Positions 24,401 to 34,870 of a stretch of 64,000 nucleotides of DNA are shown here, in pieces. Below the pieces are notes generated by a model. The model ran no database searches. It saw nothing but the letters and a program-made list of their open reading frames with translations, and had not been told where the DNA came from. Position 1 is the first letter of the stretch. Each line of letters starts with the position of its first letter. The position numbers were made by a program, and so were the translations under genes. This DNA is from Selaginella moellendorffii (taxonomy: Eukaryota > Plantae > Lycopodiophyta), in contig NW_003314376.1 in assembly GCF_000143415.4 (NCBI RefSeq), positions 467,271 to 531,270 on the forward strand, read 5' to 3'.

Positions 24401-26403
24401 CTTTACTAATATTGTTGTGTTAAGCTTAGGCAAATTTTTTAATGGAACCCTAGCACTGTGTTGTCACACTTGTGTCCACTGATAACTAGATGATCACCAG
24501 GTATGTTAAGTTTGGAATTTAAATATTGCATAGTCCATTGCTTGACGTTAAGAGCAGAACCTTGGAGTTGGCATGTTTCCTATTCTTGCTTATTCATCTT
24601 GTACATGGCTCTTTGAGAAATATTTCATCCATGAGTAGCTTCAAGTGCTTTTGGAATTTCTTGCTCACACCCAGTCCTAGAATGGATAAATGATACTTGT
24701 AAAGTGATATCAAATGATTAGAATTTTCTAGCATACATTTAGAAATTTCACATAATCTAAAAATGCTCTGCAGTATAGAAAAAAAAGTGATTACTGCCAT
24801 ACCACAAAAAAACACAATGATACAAAATTGCAAAGTGATTTTCTAGAATGAAGCTGCCAGAGAATAAGTTTACTCTCAGGTCATGGCTTGTTTATGACTT
24901 TGTATTTGTTTTGGAGTTTCGGATGGTGCATGCTTGATCCACTCTTTGTGGTCATCTTGTTATCTTTAGACATATTCTGGTTTGTGGCATTGGGATGGCC
25001 CAGTGGAGAGTGCTATATATATATATATGTGGAGATCGATATATTTCCTTGATCCATGTTTGATACATAGACCAATGCAAAACAGGTAAGGACAGGATGG
25101 CTCAGCATCTTAGTGTAAGGCCTTCAGATCCTCAAGGATCTTGTCTTGCATCTTTTACTGAGCTAACCCGGTCAAAGCTTCACTAAGAGAGTCTAAGCTG
25201 GCATAATGACATTGGGAGTAGCCGTCATGCTAACATGTCCTACTCAACCTTCTCGGTTGGCAAATAACATACTTCTGCTTTGCACCTTACACTGGCTTCA
25301 AACCTTGGATGAAAGCTGCAGTGATAGGCTTTTAGCATAACTTATGACCAATAATTATATCCAGGAATATGCCTAGCATCAATGGTCAAAACTGCGGATA
25401 TACACAATGTAATGGGGCTTTAGCTTTTCACATCGTTTGTTCCACAATGGAAGGGCACAGGCGGGAGTAATACTGTGTATTCTTGACTCCAGACTACTGA
25501 TGACTGGTATGGCGGGTTTGGTATGCTGGTTTTGTTTGTGGGCTTGTTCACAAGACAAGAACCATGTATATCATGATCTATTTTCAAGGCTGGTTCATCT
25601 AAGTCTCTACTCCAAATTCTAAATGCTTATTATGATGGTCTAGTCAACAAATCATGCCCAAAACTATGCCAAACTCCAAACATGGTCTTAGTAGGCAGAT
25701 GTGGTATAAACTCAGAATAATCTTACTAGTGCAAGAGTGATATCAAACCTTGAACGTAAAGAACTTGTGTTCTTAAGGTCTCTCCTTCACACCCTCTCTA
25801 ACTTCCTTTTGGAAGGTACCAGTTAAGCTGTGAAAATCAGATGTTTGTATGTACACATCAAATGTCGCAGTTAACTCCGTTCAGCCAAGCACAATATTTC
25901 CCAGAGGCAGGTGGTCGATTCTGATTGAGGTCTTTCATGCATGCTGCGGATTTGTTGGGCATGGTCACATGCTCAAGGCCCAGATTTCTTGATGGCATAT
26001 GACCATTTGTTGGGGCGGGCGGGCGAGGGGAGGGAAGAGCAGCGATAAATCTTCTCTCGCTTGCGCAAGACGTATGCGGTCACGCGTACGGACTACTCTC
26101 TATTTTCGTATATGTATGAATGCGAATCCAGCGGCCCTGAAAACCAGGGTGCGTACGTTTTAATGGGGCTGCGTGGCCGCATGTCAAAGGCGGTCGTCGT
26201 GGGCGGCCCCGATACGGTAGCCGGGTAGCGTAAACGAGAGCTGGCGGGCTCGAAGAAACAAATAACCTCTCTATCAGAGCCAGGAAGACAATATCCCGTG
26301 GTTCGTGGTCTCTGAGTATAAGAAAGGGAAGAAAATCTCTTATACTGTACAGCGCTCCCTTGGTTTCTCTGGTTCCTTCTCTTTCGATTTGTTTTGCTCG
26401 GTC

Positions 26404-28401
26404 ATGCCTCGCTCCAATCCTGTTCGATCGTCCAGGGCAGCACGGCCACCGCAACCCAGTTGCCGCCGCCCGCCGGTCCGTATGCATCGTGCCGAGTCCT
26501 CGTCGAATGAACTACTGGCAGTGGAGGTACTTGCGAGGGGATTCCAGCTTGCTCCAGGAGATTTCACGGCCCCGGATCAAGATCCCAACATCAAGGACAC
26601 GCGGCGCGGGCGTTCGGCGCGCAAGGGTAGATCTCCATCGTCGTCACCCCTCTCTCCACCTGATCTGGCAGCTATCGATGATCATGATCTAGCAGCTCCT
26701 TCTCTTGATGATGGTGCTGATCTTGCAGCCACATTGACAATGTCCCCGGTGGCTTCAGCAGCGTCCCGGGCGCCAAGAACAAAGCGACGTCGTCTAGCGA
26801 TGGATTCGCAAAGCTCTGGATTTTCGGATATCCCTTCATCATCGGCTACTGTATTCAAAAATCAAGATGAGAGCTCGAGTGCTTCAAGCGATGGTGTGCC
26901 GGGTGTTGACGATCATCCAATGACCGAGGAGAAGCCCACCTCCATTGCCACACGGGCCGCAGCTTTGAAGACCAAGCGACCTCCAAGTGGCTGCTCGAGC
27001 TCTAAGGTCAAACGGTCCAATTGTGTGAAGAAGAAGAAGACCACGGTTTCCAAGCAAGAAGAAACGAGCAGGAAGAGGAAGCCACCAACGTGCGCGAGGA
27101 GATATGCTAAAAAGACGTCCCGCTACGTTGGAGTCTCGTACTACAAGCGAATCAAACGGTGGGAGACGCACATTTGGTGAGTATGTTATTCTTTTCCTTC
27201 TTTTCTTCAAAAGGAAGCAACCACGCTGATTTTTCTTGAAGGGGTACAAGGAAAAGCAAGCAGATATACGTCGGTTCATGCAGTAACGAGGAAGCTGGAG
27301 CCAGGTTTTCATCTTCTTTTTTCTTTTCTTTGTGGCGCTTATGAAGTTTAAGATGTTAATCACAGGATCTATGACCGAGCTTACATCAAGTTCCGTGGCA
27401 AAAGCTGCCCAAACTTTCCCTACTCGGACTACGTGCACGAGATACCCCAGGCATGATCATATTAACATTTCTACCGAAAGTTTGGAAAGATCTAACGCTT
27501 AAATTTTCTCTGCAGTGGATCAATCTGCCTGACAAGGACTTCATCAACATGCTACGTAACATGAGTCGTGGCGAGTCGTTGGTCTGGTTTGCACCGGAGC
27601 TGCTTGAAAGTGGCGCTGGCTCTCCATTCACGAGGGAGGCTCGGCCTCGGGCATCAAAATATCGCGGAGTCTATCTTCTCAAAGGTCGAAAGGTCCCTTG
27701 GACGGCTTCCATAACGTAAGTAGCCTCATCCCTCTAAACCTCTTTCTTTTCTTTGAGACACCATCTAGCTATCTGGATGTGAAACACAACGATGCTTTGT
27801 GTGAAACATGACCAACACCCAAGCTTTCGGCCATCACCATTCTAACATTATGGTTTTCATCTTTGATGCAGGCTGGACTCTCGTGCAATTCGACTGGGTG
27901 AGTTTTCCAAGAGCTGATTTCTTTTTTTATTGTTTGTGTTTTTTTTCTTTTGCATATCCAGGGTCATATGAGACACAAGAGGAGGCAGCAAGGTTCGAGA
28001 AAAACTAAAACCTCAATCGCTAATTACTAAATATAACACATTGTTTCGACAGGAACTATGACCGAGCAGCTATTAGATTCTTTGGCAAGGCTAAAGCACT
28101 CAACTTCGCATATGAAGACTACACTCATGAGATGCCACAGGTAATTTTGTTTTCATGTCCTGATTGTAAAACTAAGACGATATTACAGTGGGTCACTTTG
28201 AGCAAGGAAGAGTTCATTTACTACATACGGAATTCTGCACAGTCGAGCAAGAAAAGGAAGTTCAAAGTACATACAGCTCAAAGAGCTGTATACGATAGGA
28301 AGGCCAAACAAAAGGGGATTGATGTTTGTGAGGTAAACGAAGCACTCCCACACTATTTAGATGAGAAGGGGATAGGTGTGGTAAACGAAGACACAATATA
28401 G
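26404..28401 (+). CDS. AP2-subfamily transcription factor with two AP2 domains (492 aa, 8 exons)
   Basis: Exons 26404-27176, 27242-27304, 27366-27450, 27516-27715, 27872-27897, 27962-27992, 28053-28140, 28189-28401 sum to 1479 nt and are open. Domain 1: SRYVGVSYYKRIKRWETHIW..QIYVG..EEAGARIYDRAYIKFRG. Domain 2: SKYRGVYLLK..WTASITLDSRAIRLGSYETQEEAARNYDRAAIRFFG..LNF. Intron 3 needs a GC donor. Confidence 0.88.
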
Positions 28402-28659
28402 ATCTTGGGCTTGAGGAAGCACCAACCATATCAGAATCGCATTCAAAGGGAGGCAAAGAGAAAGAGCATCGTTTCCTGGAGAGATTTTATATCCGCGTGG
28501 ACTTCAATGCTTTGCCCGGGTTGGGCATCTGGACAGCATATGCATATTAAAACGTTTAGAAGCGAGATACAAGCTCTTGGGCATCGAGATGCTTGCTCGA
28601 AGCGGGTGCCACAGGCTCCCTCCTGACGAACCGAGCGACTAGATCATGAGGCTCGAATC

Positions 28660-29700
28660 ACTCCCGCACCGTATTCCCTGCTTGCAAACATGCTTTTGAT
28701 GACATACACAAATCCCAAACCGCGATCTTGTGTTCGTCCATCAACTTCTCGGCCTCATCACTCATTCCCGCGGCCGAGTAGATGCTGGACAGCAAAGCTA
28801 ATGCCGGAGGATTGCTGGGACTGAGGTCTAGGATGGGCAGCTCGTGGGGATTGTTGTGATTCGAGCACACACTGAGCAACGACACCGAGTTCGGCTGGAA
28901 CGGCATACTTAGCAAATTCTCGGCCTCTTCGAGCCTCCCAGCTCGGCTGAGCGTATCCGAGATCACCACACAGTGCTCGAAAGTTGGCCGCTCGCCAAAG
29001 GGGAGCGCCATAACATCGGTGGGGATGCCGTCCAGCAGCATGGAACTGAAGGGAGAGGTAGAGTGCTTACTTATGCCCGTGCTGGGCATACGAGGAGATC
29101 ATGGCAGTCCAGATGATGGCTGTCTCGCTCCCGCATTTGTGTAAACACCAACGTGGTGGAGAACTTGCCAGGCAAAACAATCCACGCACACAGGCTTCGA
29201 TGGCTCCCTGCTGCTCGACTCGGCACTCATCAACATGTATGGCTCCGTAGAGCTTTCGCGGTGCTCGGACACGAGCTCCACGGGCCTGTATCCCTCGAGC
29301 AGCATCGCCAAGTCGATCTAGCACCTTCTTGTGACCCGGCATCATCGTATTCCACGACACCCATCTCTCAACGAGCTTGAGTCGAGAACCTTCCAGGCTG
29401 CCGCATTTTCCATACATAGCGTTGGTCACCACAGTCTCCGCGTCCACGGGCCGGTGGCGAGATCGCACAGCGAAGAAGACGCCTCGACGGAGGCTCGCTC
29501 ATCATCCTGAAAAAGAACCGTAGGGCCGCATCGCACTCGCCATTCTCGACGCAGGCGTTGATGAGCGACCGCCATCTCCAGGACGTCGCGATCTGGATTC
29601 CGCATATTCCAGATGTTTATGATTTATGATTTCTTGGGATATTCGGATTCTGCACATGACCATGTTCAGTTTCTGATCGGATTGAACACCGGCCTCGCTC
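28660..29700 (-). pseudogene. Inverted, heavily deleted copy of the PPR-A 3' half
   Basis: ERPTFEHCVVISDTLSRAGRLEEAENLLSMPFQP, DAETVVTNAMYGKCGSL and an NQ-insert homolog at ~29600-29650; frameshifted. Confidence 0.88.
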
Positions 29701-29988
29701 CATCGACTCGCCGTAGACTTCGATGAGGGAGATTTGGAATTCTTCACGGTCAAGAAAGGTTTGCAAAGTCTGAAGTACTTGCGAATTTTCCAACAGACAA
29801 GAGAAGGGAGCAAAGCTATGGTCTTTTTTTCCATTTCTCTTGTACACTCTATTTTCTCCTTTCAAAGAGTTGTTTATAATAGGAAGGTGGTAAACAAAGG
29901 AACGGCAGACTTTATAACACATGTATATACATTTAGTGACGCTGCTCAAAGATCGGTGCGTGCTCAAAGAATACAAGATCGAAGCCAT

Positions 29989-31722
29989 CTATGTGATCGA
30001 GAGCGCGTTTGCGAGCAGGGAATACGGTGAAGACTCCCCGGGGTGTGATTCGATCGCAAGGGAGGAAACGCGAGCTTCGTGGTCTTCACGCTGGCTTCGA
30101 AACGAGTTCATGAGAGAGGCCCAGACTTCCACACCCGGAACGAAAGGCATGTTGGTGACAAGATCTCGAGCCCCTCCAATGTAGCCCGAGCGTCCCAGGA
30201 GATCGATCATGCATCCATACTGCTGGTTCGTGGGGATAAATCCGTAATCCAGAATTATGGAGCAGAAGTAGTAGCAGCCAGCCTCTACATTCCCGGCATG
30301 GCTGCAAGCAATCAGCACAGAAACAAAGCTCGGTTCGGCAGGAGTAAGTCCCTCCTGCTGCATTGTCTCGTATAGGTTTTGGGCTCTTTCATGATAGCCG
30401 TTACGAGCATGCATCGAAAGAACTGATGCCCAAGAGCTTGCATCTCGCTGTGGCATCGTCACAAAAGTTTTCATGGCTGAAAACACATGCCCATTTTGGG
30501 CATATGCTGCAAGCATGGTGTTCCAAGAAACGTGTGTACGAGAAAACCCACAATAGAATAGTTCTTCGGCCTCTCTAACACGCCCGTTATTTGAGTACGC
30601 TTCCAGCATTGCATTGAACGTAGCGGAATCTCGGTTCTCACGCAAAAGATCAAAGACAATCTTAGACTCCTGCAGATGCCCAATGGTGGCATATGCTGAA
30701 AGCATTGAAGTCCACGCCATAGAATCTCTCCTAGGCATAGAATCGAAAAGCTCTCGAGCTTTGCACAAATTTTCGTGGCGTATATATACATCAAGTATCG
30801 CCCCCCAGGAAACTATGTCTCTCTCTGGCATGGAATCGAATAGCTCCTTTGCCTCCCCCGCCAAATCACGTTCCAGTGACGAAGATGAAGCATAGGCAGA
30901 CACCATCGCATTCCAGGAAACAAGATTCCAGGCAGCCATCTCAAAATAAAAAAGATCTCTCGCAAATTCGATGTGGCCGGCAAGAGCAGCCCATGAGAGC
31001 ATTGCAGTCCACGACACAAGATCATATGCCGGCATCAAGCGATAGAGCTCCATGGCTGATTTGAGATCGCCGCCACTCGCAAATGCGTTGATCATCGAGG
31101 TCCATGACACCATATCCTTGGCAGGCATCCAATCAAACAGCGCCTTTGCTTCGTTGATCCACCGGCGATCTACACTTAGCTGTGAAGAAGCAGATCTCGA
31201 GTTTCCGTAAGCCGAGAGCATGGAGTTCCATGAGACGAGGTTGTGACCCGGCATTCGATTGAAGATCTCGCGAGCTTGGTCAACATGCCCCGACCGGGCA
31301 TACGCCGCAAGCATCGTCGTCCAGGAGATCACATTTTTTTTCGGGAAGCGATCAAAGAAATAAGAGGCAAAAGCAAGGTTTCCTACTTGTATGGCTGCCG
31401 CCAGTATCGTGTTCCACTGCGCCAGATCCCAGTCAGGCATTGCATCAAACACGGCAATGGCCAGATCAAAATGCCCGTTGCGGGCATACGCCCCCAGTAG
31501 CAGGTTCCACGAGAAGGCGTCCTTGAGCACGATCGAATCGAAGGCGGCACGGGCGCCCTCCACGCTGCCGTGCTTCCCATACATGTGGACGAAGAGATTC
31601 ACAACAAAGGTCTCGTCCTTTGCAGGAATTCTCTTTTGTAGCTGCTGCTCAAGGAAACTTTGGTGAATCTTCTCCACTTCGCAGAGAGCCTGGCACGATC
31701 GAATGAGCTCACTCCATTGCAT
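29989..31722 (-). CDS. PPR-B: PLS/E PPR protein dominated by tandem short (S/SS) motifs (577 aa, intronless)
   Basis: ~31-aa repeats FDxMPxxxxVSWxxMLxAYAxxG, terminal P2-L2-S2 (YGCMIDLLGRSG) and truncated E (MPFVPGVEVWASL..SPYSLLAN). Confidence 0.93.
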   Translation of the reverse strand: MQWSELIRSCQALCEVEKIHQSFLEQQLQKRIPAKDETFVVNLFVHMYGKHGSVEGARAAFDSIVLKDAFSWNLLLGAYARNGHFDLAIAVFDAMPDWDLAQWNTILAAAIQVGNLAFASYFFDRFPKKNVISWTTMLAAYARSGHVDQAREIFNRMPGHNLVSWNSMLSAYGNSRSASSQLSVDRRWINEAKALFDWMPAKDMVSWTSMINAFASGGDLKSAMELYRLMPAYDLVSWTAMLSWAALAGHIEFARDLFYFEMAAWNLVSWNAMVSAYASSSSLERDLAGEAKELFDSMPERDIVSWGAILDVYIRHENLCKARELFDSMPRRDSMAWTSMLSAYATIGHLQESKIVFDLLRENRDSATFNAMLEAYSNNGRVREAEELFYCGFSRTHVSWNTMLAAYAQNGHVFSAMKTFVTMPQRDASSWASVLSMHARNGYHERAQNLYETMQQEGLTPAEPSFVSVLIACSHAGNVEAGCYYFCSIILDYGFIPTNQQYGCMIDLLGRSGYIGGARDLVTNMPFVPGVEVWASLMNSFRSQREDHEARVSSLAIESHPGESSPYSLLANALSIT

Positions 31723-32276
31723 AATTCCAAGCGGCTATTCTACATGCAATGAAGTTTTGTGTTATAAACACCATGCTCGCCAAAAGGTGAAGGAACGGAT
31801 TAACAACTTTAATTTTGTTTGGCTCAAGGAAGTTTAAACCCACCAAGTCTAGTGTGCAAGAAGGAAGCACTGAATAACTAGCTGCTCGTTAAGATGAGTA
31901 TTTCAGTCACAGCATTTAAATTTCTTCTACACAATGCTTGGGAGGATTGTTGGAAGTACCACTTCTTCTACATTTTCAGCTGATATAGACCTAGTTTGAC
32001 TGAAATTTAACTGCTCCATTAGCGTGCCATGAATATTCTCTTTTTAAAAAATTTTAATGATATTTTCAAGTATGTTTCACAAATTAGCAAAGCTAGTCAG
32101 ACACCGTCCCTCCCATGCTTGACGTTGCCAGCAAATGCAGCCCCTTAGGCACAACGAGTTATGCATTCATCCAAGTGACGTGCTTCACTTGGGGTGTCAC
32201 TACAATCAACTTGGGCATCTGGTGCGAGGACCAAATCCCTCACCCCAGGATTCCCGGTTGTTTCCGATCGCCCGTC

Positions 32277-32900
32277 TCAAATCCCTGTGCGGAGCATCCT
32301 ATGACACCCAGAGCGGCACCCTGACCGTGGCCAGGGACTTCGAGGACTAGAGCACCCTCGTCGCCAGGCATTTTGTCTATCCTCGAGTGCCGCCATGCTA
32401 TAAAAATCCCACCTCCAGGCCCGTTCGACAGAGAACGTCGCCAGCAGCAGCGATCCATCAAGCAATGCCCGCGTCACAATGTGACACTGCGCTTGGTCGC
32501 GAATGAAGCTCCAAACGACGCCGTCCGAGCACCACACCACAAGATTGTAATCCCAGGGAGGGGACGAAGAACCAGTGGCGATGAGGCGGACCCTGGCATG
32601 TCACCAGAGCTCAGGTAGACGAAGAGCCTCCTCACCTGTGTGCGAGAAAGAGGTGTTTGTTGAGACACGGCGCACAGCAAGTCCTTCTCCTCCTCGAAAT
32701 GTCCTGGATGCGGAGAAGAGCCAGGCGCTGTTCCTGCTCCGGAAGCCGAGAAAGGCAATGGGCTTAAGAAAGAGGCTGCTATCCCCAAGGAGAAAAACAA
32801 AATAATATAACGAGACAAGCTTATTAAAGCTAGAATCATAAGTAATCTTGATTCTGCCTTGGTGCGAAAGCAACCCATCTATCGAAAAAACAGCGGCCAT
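32277..32900 (-). pseudogene. GC-rich reading frame of unknown family broken by one in-frame TGA
   Basis: ORFs 32601-32900 and 32277-32540 are in the same frame, separated only by the TGA at 32601-32603. No motif recognised. Confidence 0.3.
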
Positions 32901-34439
32901 CCTCTTCTGACAAGATTCCCAGTGGAGATTCTACCACAACCTGACACTGTAACTAATTATCTTTGCCACTTACTAAGTGCTCAATAGGTGTCGTTGTCTA
33001 CGCATGGATCATCCTCATGCGTCCAGGATGGTAGCCATCTTCCCAGTTCTTCATTACGAACAATCCACTCCTCTTTCTCTACATCCATAGTCTATCTGTC
33101 CCACTGGTGCCCATAGTCACCAATTTGACTCCGACTCTCCCATTTCTGAGTTCATGAGTCATAGACAAAGGTAGCCTGGATCAAAAGCCTGAAACATTTT
33201 GAATTCCTTACCCATGGATTGAGCAACACCCAGTAGAATGCTGGAGCGGGTGCCAGGGAAGCCACACTGAAGGCACCTCATTGGCCAAGAACCTTTACAC
33301 AACCCCACCCCCCAAAGGCCACAAGCACTCACACATGGGACACTGCTCAAAGAGTTTCACAATTGAATCACTGATCAAGTAACACTTTGATAGATGCTAC
33401 ACGTGCTTGCTACTAAAGTAGTGGGCACAAGAAGCCCACAGGGTGAGGCACACAAAAGAAGCCATTGAAGCACTAATGATGGGACCTTGGTAAGTGAGCC
33501 AACTTTTGTTTGCATGAGAAGCAGAGTTAGGCACTGCTTGAGAACCTCCATTTCCACCCATCATCAAGTAAAAAAGTCCCTCATGTTTTTGAGATAACAC
33601 AAGTCCGAGTCTGATCTTGAGTGTGAGTAAGAGCCCAAGTCCCTTTTAGCTATTTGTCCAAGTCTGATTTTGACCTCAATTGTGAGTAAGAGCCCAAATC
33701 CGAGCACAAGCCTGAGTAAAAGCCCAAAAGTTTCTGTTCAAGCCCAACTTCAAGCTCAAGTTTGACCAGCTGAGCCAAAATTCCAACAAGGAGTGCACTT
33801 GAGGTTTGACTTTAGCTGCCAACACTTCATCCCCCATTATCCTTGAGTTTATAGCTTACCACATTTAAGTAAACAAGTGCTTTGGACTTTCACCACGTAT
33901 CCACGTCAGAACTTGAACCCAAGTTCGAAATAAAGCCCAACCCTAAATCCAACATAGTGCATAAAAGGTGGAGCCTAAGAGCCCATGTATGAGCTGGAAC
34001 TCCAGTAACATTTTCAAGTGCTGCAAAGTCCACATCCCACATGTGGCAGAGTCAGAATCTGCAATAGTGATTTTGATTAGCAAAGTTGCCAATATCAATT
34101 GCTTTGCTGTTGGATTGCAAACGTAGACGTTAGAAGCAAAGACTCTATATACATGTATAATTGGCATTTTTCGGGCAGTAGAATCGCATCTAGCGTGTTG
34201 AGTCCACTCAATCAGCGCAGCTAGAGGGGTGTGCAAGCGCTGGAGAAGCAAGCTCTGCGACTCATTCTTAAAACACTGGATCCTCATGGGCAGCGATGAC
34301 CATCTAGCCTCAAGGTTTTTCTAAGAATATTCTTGCAAATTGGTAAACAAAGTGTGGCATGAGCGTCCTTGTTTGCTGTTGAGTAAAATTCAAATGAGTT
34401 GGTTGTTGGTGACAACCAAGAAACTTTAAAAGCTCCAGT

Positions 34440-34760
34440 AGCTTCATTGTCAACGACCAATACCTTCGCCTATGAAAACGCATTAATCTTTGGAAAAGAA
34501 AAGCTCGACTAGAGCTGCAACTTTTGCAACTTGTTTCTCCATCGCCACTGCTGCAATGCTTGCTGTGCTTCTCATACATTTGGACGAAGAGATTCACAAC
34601 AAAGGTCTCGTCCTTTGCCGGAGTTAACTTTTCTCGCTGCTGCTGCTGCTGCTGCTCGAGCAAACTTTGAGGAATCCTCTCCACGAACCTGGCACGACCG
34701 GATGAGCTCAGTCCACAGCCTATTTCCAAGCGGATATTTCCAAAACGGATTTTGTTCCGC
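34440..34760. pseudogene. Chimeric relic: ABCB 5' fragment (+) joined to a PPR-B N-terminal fragment (-)
   Basis: 34440-34568 matches 34975-35165 (acgaccaatac, cctatgaaaacgca, tctccatcgccactgc.gcaatgcttgctg). 34570-34740 matches 31575-31740 (PAKDETFVVNLFV). Confidence 0.8.
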
Positions 34761-34870
34761 ACGATAATTCGCTCTCTGTTGCTCGAAAGAAATTGTATCT
34801 GTGAGTGGGAATCGAATCGTGATGAGTTTTCAGTGGTTTAAAAGAGATATTTGGTCTTACCTCGGAAGTC

